Source of the DNA: Bryobacterales bacterium
GTDB lineage: Bacteria > Acidobacteriota > Terriglobia > Bryobacterales > Bryobacteraceae
Assembly (NCBI GenBank): GCA_003136575.1
Contig: PLEX01000119.1
Coordinates: 4,515 to 68,514 of the forward strand
Direction: 5' to 3'
Length of the DNA stretch: 64,000 nucleotides
Made by a program: the position numbers and the translations under genes. Positions 54,567 through 63,694 of this stretch are shown in pieces. Below the pieces are notes generated by a model, which ran no database searches, was not told the DNA's origin, and saw only the letters and a program-made list of their open reading frames with translations. Each line of letters opens with the position of its first letter. Within the stretch, counting starts at the first letter, position 1.

Positions 54567-57110
54567 TTGCGACTACGGGAACCCCTGATTCCGATTTTCG
54601 TCTGCTTCGCCGCCGGCGTCGTGATCGAGCAGTTTCAGCCCGTTCCGCTTCGCTCGGCGCTCCTGGCTGGCTGCGTTTGCCTGGCTCTGGCCGTATTCGC
54701 GCATCGGGCCGTGCGGCACGCGGGAATTGCCGCGCGAGTTGCCGGCGGCGCGTCTCTTCTGTTCGCAGGCGCGTCGCTGGTCGCGATCCAGCCGCCGATC
54801 ATCCCACCCGTACTCTCGGTTCCCGACAACACGACCGCCATTTTCCAGGGATGCGTCGTGGACCCCGCATTGGTTGGAGCGGATCGCGAACGCTTCGGCA
54901 TTGAGCTTGCGCCGGGCGCGCGGGCGCAGGTGTCGTTATTCGCCAAACCGGGTGAGACGTTCCCGGCCCTGCCGTACGGGACAATCGTCGAGTTTCAGGG
55001 CAAGGCCCGCAGTCCGCATAAATACGCGAATCCGGGTGCGTTCGATTACGTCCACTACCTCGCCCGGCAATCGATCTTCTGGAATTTATCCGCTGCGGCG
55101 TCCACCGTTCGCATCGTGCCCGGGCATTGCGGCAACCGGTTCACGGCGTTCATTATGGGCGTTCGCAGCGCGTCGCTGGAGCGGCTGGACAAACTGTATC
55201 CGAACGACATCTACACCAACGGCATGATGCAGGCGATCCTGATTGGCGCCACGGTGAAGCTGGACAAAATGTGGACGCAGGATTACCGCTCCACCGGGAC
55301 ATTCCACACGCTGGTGATTTCGGGTACGCACGTGGCCATTCTCGCGGGCTTCCTGCTGTTCCTGTTGCGGATCTGCGCCGTGCCGCGCGGCATTGCGATC
55401 ACGATTACGATTCTGGCCGCGTGGCTCTACGCGGGAATCACGGGATGCCAGGCGCCGGTTCTGCGATCGGCGACAGGCATGACGCTCTACGGAATCGGCC
55501 GTTTCTTTTATCGGGAAGGCCGGATACTGAACATCCTGGCGGCGGTCGCGATCCTGTTCGTTGTCGTCGACCCGGAACAGGTGTTCGATGCGAGTTTCCA
55601 GCTGACCTTTCTCGCGGTGGCGCTGATTGGCGCGTTTGTCGTTCCGGCGCTGAGTGCAACGTCTGGGCCGCTGGCGCGCGGCCTTTCCGATCTCGGCGAC
55701 ATGCGTCGCGATCTGCGGCTGCCCCCGAAAACGGCGCAGTTCCGCGTGGAAATGCGCTTGTTGATCGAGACACTGGTGCTGTTGTGTGGCGCGCGGCTGC
55801 GGCGTTTGTTTCAGGTGCTGGTGGTTGGGATTGCCCGCGTGTGCATTTACGCCTGGGAAATCTCGCTGACATCGATCTTTATCCAGATTGGCCTTGCACT
55901 GCCGATGATCGCTTACTTCCACCGCTTGCCGGTCTCCGGCTTTACGGCGAATGCGCTGGTTGTGCCGGCCCTGAGCGCGTTGTTGCCGCTGGGTTTTTTC
56001 ACCATCGCCACGCAATCGCATGTTCTCGCCGCGGTGTGCGCGTGGCTGCTGGCAGAATCGCGGCGCGTCGTCGGTTTCCACGCCCGGTTCGTGCCGGACT
56101 GGCGGATACCCGCTCCGCCCTGGTGGCTCGGTGCGGTGTTCGTACTGTTTCTGGTTATAGCAGCGTGGCGAGGCAACGGCCGCCGGATCCGAACGATTGC
56201 TCTGGCGGGCGCCACCTTCGCGCTGCTTACGATAGCTGTCCATCCGTTCCCGCCCGTCGTCGATAAAGGGCATTTCGAACTCGCCGCGATTGACGTGGGG
56301 CAGGGCGATAGCTTGTTGACCGCGTTTCCTTCCGGGCAACTGATGCTGGTCGACGCGGGCGGTATTGCGGCGTTTGGCAGGACGCGCAGGCCGGGAATCG
56401 ATGTCGGTGAGGATGTTGTTTCGCCATACCTCTGGACGCGGTCGATCAAGCGCCTGGATGTGGTCGCGATGACGCACGCGCACGAAGATCACATGGGCGG
56501 GATGGTTGCGGTGATGAAGAATTTTCGCCCGCGCGAGGTTTGGATTGGCGCCGTGGGTGAAAGCCCCGAGTGGCAGGAGGTGCGGAAGTCCGCGCGCGAG
56601 CTGGGTATTCCGATTCGCGCTCTGCGGCAGGGCGCGCCGTTTTCATTCGGCGGAGCGACGATTCAGGTGCTCGCGCCGTTGCCCGACTACGAGGCGACGG
56701 AGAAGGCGCAGAATAACGACTCGCTGGTGATGCGCGTGCAGTTCGGGTCGACGGGTTTCCTGCTGACAGGCGACATGGAGAAGAAGATTGAAGAGCGGTT
56801 GTACGACGACGGCCTGCTGCGCCCGGCGGACGTGCTGAAGGTGGGGCATCATGGCAGCCGGACGTCGAGCACGGCGGATCTGCTGGATGCGGTGCACCCT
56901 GCGTTTGGGGTGATTTCCGTGGGGTTTGAGAATAGCTACGGACATCCGCATCCGCTGACGATACAGGCGCTGCGGGAACGGCATGTGACGATTTACCGGA
57001 CCGATGAGCAGGGGTTGGTGCGTGTGGTCAGCGACGGGCACAGGCTGCGGATCGAGAGCGAGAATCCGTTGACGCCGGAAGAAGCGCCGGTGCAGGCGAG
57101 ACTGCGTTAG
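54567..57110 (+). CDS. comEC: DNA internalisation competence protein ComEC/Rec2
   Basis: 847 aa with a TTG start. Polytopic competence domain (TGTFHTLVISGTHVAIL) and a C-terminal metallo-beta-lactamase domain (DVGQGDS, MTHAHEDHMGG, KVGHHGS). Confidence 0.9.
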   Translation: MRLREPLIPIFVCFAAGVVIEQFQPVPLRSALLAGCVCLALAVFAHRAVRHAGIAARVAGGASLLFAGASLVAIQPPIIPPVLSVPDNTTAIFQGCVVDPALVGADRERFGIELAPGARAQVSLFAKPGETFPALPYGTIVEFQGKARSPHKYANPGAFDYVHYLARQSIFWNLSAAASTVRIVPGHCGNRFTAFIMGVRSASLERLDKLYPNDIYTNGMMQAILIGATVKLDKMWTQDYRSTGTFHTLVISGTHVAILAGFLLFLLRICAVPRGIAITITILAAWLYAGITGCQAPVLRSATGMTLYGIGRFFYREGRILNILAAVAILFVVVDPEQVFDASFQLTFLAVALIGAFVVPALSATSGPLARGLSDLGDMRRDLRLPPKTAQFRVEMRLLIETLVLLCGARLRRLFQVLVVGIARVCIYAWEISLTSIFIQIGLALPMIAYFHRLPVSGFTANALVVPALSALLPLGFFTIATQSHVLAAVCAWLLAESRRVVGFHARFVPDWRIPAPPWWLGAVFVLFLVIAAWRGNGRRIRTIALAGATFALLTIAVHPFPPVVDKGHFELAAIDVGQGDSLLTAFPSGQLMLVDAGGIAAFGRTRRPGIDVGEDVVSPYLWTRSIKRLDVVAMTHAHEDHMGGMVAVMKNFRPREVWIGAVGESPEWQEVRKSARELGIPIRALRQGAPFSFGGATIQVLAPLPDYEATEKAQNNDSLVMRVQFGSTGFLLTGDMEKKIEERLYDDGLLRPADVLKVGHHGSRTSSTADLLDAVHPAFGVISVGFENSYGHPHPLTIQALRERHVTIYRTDEQGLVRVVSDGHRLRIESENPLTPEEAPVQARLR

Positions 57111-57342
57111 TTGTCGATGACGGGACTTCGCGTTCCTGGATCGCGGTGAAGATGGACGGACCGGCTGGAATTGTGCGAGGTGCCGTCGCACCGGCGTCGG
57201 GGGCGAATTCCAGATGGATATCGAATAATCCAGAGGCCGGTTTTGTCGATAACGGCCGACCTGCCTTGCCCAAGAGCGCGCGACCGGCGAACTCGGTCAT
57301 CGTCATGCCGCGCGCTGTCAGGCCCGAACTATTGCTCCTCAT
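57107..57342 (-). pseudogene. C-terminal relic of a TIGR03435-family (soil-associated) protein
   Basis: GMTMTEFAGRALLGKAGRP, then VIDKTGL readable only in another frame, then SGLFDIHLEFAPDAG...GPSIFTAIQE, and a terminal SPVIDN-stop in a third frame. No N-terminal half is present. Its end abuts or overlaps the comEC stop. Confidence 0.55.
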
Positions 57343-57433
57343 CGACAGGATGGCGCAGAAAGTGCGTCGACGTTCGCCAGGTGCGGTGCCTTGCGATTTG
57401 CGTCGAGCAGAGTAAAACTGCCTTCAGCTTTCT

Positions 57434-57901
57434 TTATGCCGCTGCTGTTTCCTTTTTCTGTGTCCTGTTTGGCTCGCCTTTACCGGTAGTTATCAAGCTC
57501 CGCAGACTACCGTTAACATAAAATCCCCACGCATTTGAGCAGCTGTTGAAGCACTCCACTTCGGGAACCAAACCCCTGTGGGTGAAGCGCACTTCCGTCT
57601 TATCGGCCTTCTCGGATACCTCGAAAACAACTTCCGTGCCATTCCACTCGGTTTGATCTTTGGTGAAATTCAGGTAGCTGTCCAAGACAAGCCAGACGAC
57701 CCTCTTGCCGGGAATCAGTTCAGCGATCCTCTGTTTCGAATAATGGACGTCTTTGTACCTATACGTAAACTCCTCGCCGAGTTTGTCGGTGCTTCCTTCA
57801 ATTTCTCCCGACCACCATCCGCGAACGTTATTGATGGCGGCGAATGCCTCTTCCGGAGTCTGGTCTAACAAAAAGACAACGGTGAAATTCCGATTGGACA
57901 T
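57434..57901 (-). CDS. SRPBCC/AHSA1-family protein
   Basis: 155 aa. Blocks PEEAFAAINNVRGWWSGEIEG and GTEVVFEVSEKADKTEVRFTHRG. Confidence 0.75.
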   Translation of the reverse strand: MSNRNFTVVFLLDQTPEEAFAAINNVRGWWSGEIEGSTDKLGEEFTYRYKDVHYSKQRIAELIPGKRVVWLVLDSYLNFTKDQTEWNGTEVVFEVSEKADKTEVRFTHRGLVPEVECFNSCSNAWGFYVNGSLRSLITTGKGEPNRTQKKETAAA

Positions 57902-57946
57902 CGTTTCTCTCCTTATGGGTTGTAATCGCGGACGAATCCGCCAAGT

Positions 57947-58324
57947 CTATTTGTCTCTTGACTGGCTGCGCGGGGGGTTTTCCCGCAGTTCGCGCTTCGG
58001 GACACGGTCCGCCTCCACATCTTCCTGCAAGCGGAGCAGCTTGTCCGCCCAGAACTCCTGATACCGGCTCACCCAGCGCTCGTAAATCCGGCGAATCGGA
58101 ACAGGGTTCAACGAATTCACACGCTGCCGCCCCTCTTCCCGAGTGTCGATTAAACCGGCATCGCGCAATACGTCAATGTGCTTCATCACGCCAAAGCGGC
58201 TCAAATGAGGAAACGCGTCGACGATCTCAGTAGTATGCCGCGGACCCTCGCGCAGCACATCGAGGATGGCCCGACGTGTCGGGTCCGACAGCGCTTTCCA
58301 GACCGGGTCGAGGTCGTCCGGCAT
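57947..58324 (-). CDS. ArsR/SmtB-family transcriptional regulator
   Basis: 125 aa: WKALSDPTRRAILDVLREGPRHTTEIVDAFPHLSRFGVMKHIDVLRDAGLI. Its start overlaps the upstream stop by 1 nt. Confidence 0.85.
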   Translation of the reverse strand: MPDDLDPVWKALSDPTRRAILDVLREGPRHTTEIVDAFPHLSRFGVMKHIDVLRDAGLIDTREEGRQRVNSLNPVPIRRIYERWVSRYQEFWADKLLRLQEDVEADRVPKRELRENPPRSQSRDK

Positions 58325-58776
58325 CAGGCTCGATGGCCCACCGCACTACCGGAGACCGCCTTGTTGATGCTGTCGAGATAGTGCTGCCAACCTTTGCTGA
58401 CGCCCTCGCGATGCGCCGGATCGATCATTCCGATCGCACGGTGCCTCAGCGTGACCTTTGTCCCGCCGGCGATCTGATCCAGGCGCACCTCGACATGGTT
58501 CAAGGCGGGGTAGGACATGAACAGAGGGCCGCTCAATTCAAGCAAAACCGGGGGCTTGATCACCTGGACATGGCCCCACAGGTGCCCGATCCCGTTGCCG
58601 CGATCGCGGAACCATCGTCCACCCGGCCAGTGCTCGAGAATCATCTGCATCGATTCCCCGTTCGGGTTGGTGCCGGCTTCTCCAAACTGGCGAAGAACGC
58701 CTTTGAATACGTCGCCGATATCGGCCTTCACTTCGACATGCTGATTAATGTCAATGGTCATTTCTTCGGGCTGCAT
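58324..58776 (-). CDS. SRPBCC/AHSA1-family protein
   Basis: ORF 58324..58836; likely start is ATG 58776 or 58761. Blocks DVFKGVLRQFGE, GGRWFRDRGNG and GTKVTLRHRAIG. Confidence 0.7.
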   Translation of the reverse strand: MQPEEMTIDINQHVEVKADIGDVFKGVLRQFGEAGTNPNGESMQMILEHWPGGRWFRDRGNGIGHLWGHVQVIKPPVLLELSGPLFMSYPALNHVEVRLDQIAGGTKVTLRHRAIGMIDPAHREGVSKGWQHYLDSINKAVSGSAVGHRA

Positions 58777-58897
58777 AGGTTTGTTCGTCTCTCCTTGACG
58801 TGATTCTATAGTAACGTGACCAATTGGTAACGTCAAGAGGTTTTTGGGCCACGTTCACGCCCATGTGCGCAGACTCACATTCCGATGGACGCCTGAG

Positions 58898-59744
58898 TCA
58901 GTTTTCGGAGGGACGCTCGACGTGGTCGATGACGAGGACTTCAACCGGACCCTTATCCGCGACGAACTTCAGCCCGAGTTGTTCCTGGACGGCGGTGAAG
59001 AGTGACGGGCCGTCGGCATCGGATGCGGTATTCGCCACTTTACCCGAGCCGCGGACATACTCCAGATGAATGTCGAATGACCCTGCCAGACCCGTCTTGT
59101 TGATGACTGTCCGACTGGCGGCGGCATCCCAGGACATTCGTCCGGCGAACGCGTCCATCGTCAGGCCGTACCCATCGAGGGTCTCGTTCAGCCCGTTCCT
59201 TCCCAGTACCGTCTGGCCGCAGCCCTTCGGCTGTTGTTCGCCGGGCGCCGGCGGCTTGTACTGGTCCATGGAGATGCAACTGCCCTCCTTCGACGCCTGT
59301 AGCTTGCCGCCCTTCACCATTGTAAGGAAATAGACGGGACCTTCTTTGGTCTCCCTATGAACCTTCAGTTTGCATCGGCCTTCGAGAAGCATTTGTAACA
59401 TGGGGCCGGCCATCTGTGCGAATGACGCGTTGCCCTCCGCCTTCGCGTTCAGATCGTACATTTCGGAAGTGAGCCAGGCGAGCCCGTCCAGAATGTCCCG
59501 CCTTCTGTCGTCTGGCTTCACGCCGTTCGCGAAGTACCCATAAGCGTAATAAATCAGAGTCGCGACCGACGAAACATGGCATGTTTAGTCTGCCCGTCGA
59601 TGGTGGGCCGCCGCCAGGTCTGCAACCGCTGTTCCGCTTGATGGTCGCCACTTCAAACTCAGGACGCGTGGGCGTTTGCGCAATCCCCGAAAAAGCAAAC
59701 GCCGCGAGAGTCATAAAGTTGATGAAACGTGCGCGCGAAGTCAT
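58898..59744 (-). pseudogene. TIGR03435-family protein with a single frameshift near 59575-59590
   Basis: The N-terminus (MTSRARFINFMTLAAFAFSGIAQTPTRPEFEVATIKRNSG...) is in one frame. The rest (VSSVATLIYYAYGYF...GPSLFTAVQEQLGLKFVADKGPVEVLVIDHVERPSEN) is in another. The junction is at aacatggcatgttt. Confidence 0.65.
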
Positions 59745-60030
59745 GCCTGAAATATAGCAGGCTTTCCCAGCCACGATTTTCGTTTTGATCGGGCCAGGCG
59801 GATCCGGGTGTGTCGCGGTTCGAAACGAGCCCGATCCAGTCGGCAACCCATCCACTGACGCCGCAGTATCGTGGTTAGCGGGACTCGTTTGGGTATTCGG
59901 TATTCCAAGGTCGCCATTGCTCGCGCTATCCGCGTTCCTGGTTCACGGCACGCCGCCGGGCGCAGGACGCTTATCCCGGCCTTGCTAAGGAAGACGCTGT
60001 TCTGGAACCGCCCGCAGTTCCAGTGCCAAG

Positions 60031-60500
60031 GTGGGCGATCTGTCCCTGCTCGGCGACCACCGGCCCATCTGCGGCGATTGCACGGACCCGAACGTCGTCG
60101 CGCGATTGCCGGCCGGAGCCAAACCGCATCTGATGGTCTGTGATCCGCCTTACGAAACTTCGCTCAATTCCGAAATGGTGCGACAGAGACGGATTGAACG
60201 GCTTCGGGCCCGCCGAGGCGAGCTCCATGAAGCATCGGACCGAGGGCCATACGGAGACGACGATTTCCGGTGATACGGAGTGGAGACGCAAGGCGACACA
60301 ACATCACCCGTCGGCTTGAACGCCTGGAAACACGCGCTGATATCGTACTGGCGCTGCCGCATTCGCACACGCCTCTGTTTCGTCGATGTGGATAAACGGG
60401 TGGTGAGCACGTTCGGAATGGCCGCGGGCAGGTGGACCCACCTCGATCCGCCGCGAGAACGTGCAGGCTTCGAGGCTCGCCCAGGCTCTGCCAATTACTC
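60031..60500 (+). pseudogene. relic of an N6/N4 DNA methyltransferase (DPPY type, ParB-methylase-like)
   Basis: GDLSLLGDHRPICGDCTDPNVVARLPAGAKPHLMVCDPPY (DPPY at 60142-60153). Downstream family-like pieces (DTEWRR; IRTRLCFVDVDKRVV) appear only in shifted frames. The relic is truncated by the 3' end of the PepSY gene. Confidence 0.5.
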
Positions 60501-60502
60501 TT

Positions 60503-61591
60503 TTAATGCCGTTTTCGGTGGCGGCGATGCCACCAGATAAGCGGACCCGTTACTGACAGGACCGCCAACATGAAGCTGAAGAAACCGGCAATCCATCGAG
60601 TGGGCGGGCCGAGAAAATCCCCGGTGTGAATCCCGGGCACCTGGACGCGCACAACTCTTTCCGCGAATGTGAAATTCCGTGGAACCTCTTGCTGTCGAAC
60701 TTTGCCGGTCACGGGATTCACGATAAGAAGGCCCTCCTGGTCGTTGGCGCCGCTCGGCGGCTGATAGAAAAAGTAAAGTTCACCATTGTTCATCAGACTG
60801 ACTACAGTGAAACGGGCATCCGGCCGGAGCTGCATCGCGGCTTGCATCGATTCGTCCAGATCAAGACGCCTGGCTCCCCAGGGCAACGCAATGGAAGTGG
60901 TCAGACGTGGAACGGAGGGCACCGCCGGAGTGTGGGTGACTCGCGAGAGGATGCCGATCGCGGGGCGCGAATAGATCATGATCACAGATGTGACTGAGAA
61001 AATGACGAGAATCAGCGATGAATAGAACCCGACCGCACTGTGCAGTTCGAAGTTCGTGCGTGCGGACAGGGCAGGTTCGCGAAGAACGAGAGTTTTTCGC
61101 GGCCACCAGAGGATAAGCCCCGAGAAAGCCAGCAACAATAGCATCACCCCCGCTACGACATCACGGTGCAAACGGTATGCGAGGTTCACGAGCATGTCAA
61201 GCCAGCCAGCGCGAGTCCCTGTTACTTGTACGCCGGCCTCCTCACCCGTACGCGGATCGAACCAGACCCTCATCGAAGTGATGGACGAGACCTGAAAGTC
61301 GGCGGCCCATGCGAGATCAGGTTGTTGGGAAAACCCAATGCCACGAAGACGAAGCCCGGGACGCCTGGCCTCCAGTGCGGAAGCTAACGCTTCGAGCGAA
61401 AGCCTGGTCCCGCCGGACGCGACATGATAAATCGGCGTATCACTCTGGGGTCCGGGCAGGTTGAGCAGCCGAAGAATCTCTGATCCCCACGCCAAGATGC
61501 CGCCCGTAGCCCCTTCGAAGAACAGGAAGATCGCAGCCAACAAACCTAACCAGAGGTGGAGGTTCAGAGAGAATTTCCGAAGCGGTTTCAA
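60503..61591 (-). CDS. PepSY-associated TM-helix protein (PiuB-like)
   Basis: 362 aa. N-terminal LHLWLGLLAAIFLFFEGATGGILAW, 4 TM segments, and C-terminal IHTGDFLGPPTRWIAGFFSFMLAVLSVTGPLIWW. Confidence 0.8.
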   Translation of the reverse strand: MKPLRKFSLNLHLWLGLLAAIFLFFEGATGGILAWGSEILRLLNLPGPQSDTPIYHVASGGTRLSLEALASALEARRPGLRLRGIGFSQQPDLAWAADFQVSSITSMRVWFDPRTGEEAGVQVTGTRAGWLDMLVNLAYRLHRDVVAGVMLLLLAFSGLILWWPRKTLVLREPALSARTNFELHSAVGFYSSLILVIFSVTSVIMIYSRPAIGILSRVTHTPAVPSVPRLTTSIALPWGARRLDLDESMQAAMQLRPDARFTVVSLMNNGELYFFYQPPSGANDQEGLLIVNPVTGKVRQQEVPRNFTFAERVVRVQVPGIHTGDFLGPPTRWIAGFFSFMLAVLSVTGPLIWWHRRHRKRH

Positions 61592-61630
61592 CCGTGATCC
61601 TCATCTAACGCCGACTTCCGGTACAAAAGT

Positions 61631-62535
61631 TCATGATGCGTAGTTGCCAGCGTTCACGCCCGACAGCGCCATCCGCCGCGTGGCGGCATGTCCAGCGACC
61701 AGAATAACGGCTGGCGACCGAAAACAGGTGCCGATATCACGACATAACGCCGCTTTCACGCTTTCCTCCGCGCATCCGTCCTCGTCAGCAGATTCGAGTC
61801 TCGTCGTCCCGCTTTCCGGATTGCAAGCCGCCGTCACCGTCCCGGCGAATCGTAAACCATCGCCCGATTCCCGGCCAGACCACCGCAAGTCGTGACGCTC
61901 GCGCCGACGACGACGTCACCGACACAAGATTGTCCAGAACTCGCGCTATACGCAGTATACGGCGGCGACGGAAACGGATCATACGTCGTCACCACGCCGT
62001 TGAACACGTTCGTCTTTGCGATCCGCCGCCAGTCCCCATCATAGGCGAACGTGTAGCAGCCATGACGCGCACCGATGGCACCTGGCCTCAGAGCAACTGA
62101 AGCCGATTTGACGCTGAATTCGAGCGGATGGCGGGCGTTGGCGTGAACCGTGCAGAGGATGTTGACTTCGACGTGATAGCGGCGGGGGGCTTCCCAACCT
62201 CTGACGATGTGCTCACGGATTCCGGTACCGCCCTTGTTGACGCGGTAGGTGTCGTGGAGTCGCCTGTGGCCGTCCCCGCTGAGACCTACGGGGAAGTCGT
62301 GTTCCCTGAAGAATTCGCAGCAGGAATCGTCCAGGAGGGTGGCATTGGCTTCCAGTGTGTGCCGGGACAGTCGTAAATCTTGTCAATTGACTTGAGCCAA
62401 ACCGTCCCTTGAGTCCAACTCGAATAGGCGAAGCTCGACGCCTGCCGTCCGCCTGGAGACCGGCAGTTCCCCCGCAGGACTCTTTTTAAAACTTTTTTCC
62501 CGAGTTGAGTCACAACCGGCATTCCGCCCGGACAT
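61631..62535 (-). pseudogene. unknown Cys-containing protein gene interrupted by an in-frame TGA (62383-62385) and a probable frameshift (~61845)
   Basis: MSGRNAG...LFELDSRDGLAQVN, then TGA, then in the same frame QDLRLSRHTLEANATLLDDSCCEFFREHDFPVGLSGDGHRRLHDTYR...CGGLAGNRAMVYDSPGR. It continues in another frame as TVTAACNPESGTTRLESADEDGC...NYAS. High GC3 after the TGA, and no canonical start downstream of it. Confidence 0.4.
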
Positions 62536-62590
62536 CACCGTGTGAGAGACAAAAACTCCCCGCTCCGTACGGGGCCGAAAGGAAAAGACG

Positions 62591-63562
62591 ATGTTATCGA
62601 AAATGCCAATGACCAATGTCGCCGTTTTGACGCACCCGCCGCTGTTAAGGGAAGAGTCGGTAATCGACGGCGTGTGCGAGCAATTGCGGGCCGGGCGCAT
62701 CCAAGGCAACCTGGACGAACTGGTGGAGGACCTGAACGCGCGTCGCGAAGAAGATCCTCGCGACTGGCCGGAGTATGCCCGCGCCTGCCGGAGACACCCG
62801 GTTTGCAGTCTTCTGCACCAGGATCCTTTTACGCACCGCGCGTTTGCCAAGCCACGGGGCTACGCCGGGGACGCGGTCATGATGGACTACATCTACGGAT
62901 TGGGGGAGGCCCGAGAAGCAGCGCGTAACGCCACGCCCCTGGGCCGTGCGATCTTTCAACATTTCGTAGAAACGCGCCCTTCCTCCAAAGCCGTACGGTA
63001 TCGCCGTCGCCTGATCGCCGGCCTCATCGACCGGGCGGCAAGGCGAGACGGCGCGCGAGTGCTTGCGATCGCCGCCGGCCACCTTCGCGAGGTAGAACTC
63101 TCGACCGCGATGCAGAGCGGGATGATCCGGGAGTTTACAGCGTTAGATCAGGACGAGGCCAGTCTCGCGGTGGTTCAACGCGACTACGCTTACCTGGGCG
63201 TGCGCACGATCCGCGAGTCAGTACGGCAGATCCTGTGCGGAAAGGCGAAGTTGGGGCAGTACGATTTTGTTTACGCCGCAGGCCTGTTCGACTATCTCAG
63301 CGATCCTGTAGCCAAGGCACTGACCTGCCGTATGTTCGAAATGACGCGCCCGGGCGGAATGATGCTCATCCCTAATTTCCTAACAGGCACGCCGGATGCC
63401 GCCTACATGGAAGCGTTCATGGATTGGAATCTGATCTACCGCAATCAGTCCGACATGATGGCATTGACAGCGGATCTCCCGAGGAGCGCCGTGGCTGATT
63501 GCAGGGTCTTCGACGACGAGAACGAGGCGATCACGTTCCTTCTGGTAACCAGGGCGGGGTAA
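62591..63562 (+). CDS. class I SAM-dependent methyltransferase with a ~120-aa N-terminal extension
   Basis: 323 aa, with AAAGGA 8 nt upstream of the ATG. Block HPVCSLLHQDPFTHRAFAKPRGYAGDAVMMDYIY, atypical motif I RVLAIAAGHLREVE, and later DFVYAAGLFDYL. Confidence 0.7.
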   Translation: MLSKMPMTNVAVLTHPPLLREESVIDGVCEQLRAGRIQGNLDELVEDLNARREEDPRDWPEYARACRRHPVCSLLHQDPFTHRAFAKPRGYAGDAVMMDYIYGLGEAREAARNATPLGRAIFQHFVETRPSSKAVRYRRRLIAGLIDRAARRDGARVLAIAAGHLREVELSTAMQSGMIREFTALDQDEASLAVVQRDYAYLGVRTIRESVRQILCGKAKLGQYDFVYAAGLFDYLSDPVAKALTCRMFEMTRPGGMMLIPNFLTGTPDAAYMEAFMDWNLIYRNQSDMMALTADLPRSAVADCRVFDDENEAITFLLVTRAG

Positions 63563-63694
63563 CCGGCCCTGGGTGCAAATGGATCCCTCCGCGCCTAAGC
63601 CCGAAAGGAGCAGGGCTTCCGAAGCCGGAACCGCCAATAGCGAGACGCGCATGTGGAAACTGTACTCCCTGGCGGATTCAACGAGGATGCGCAG

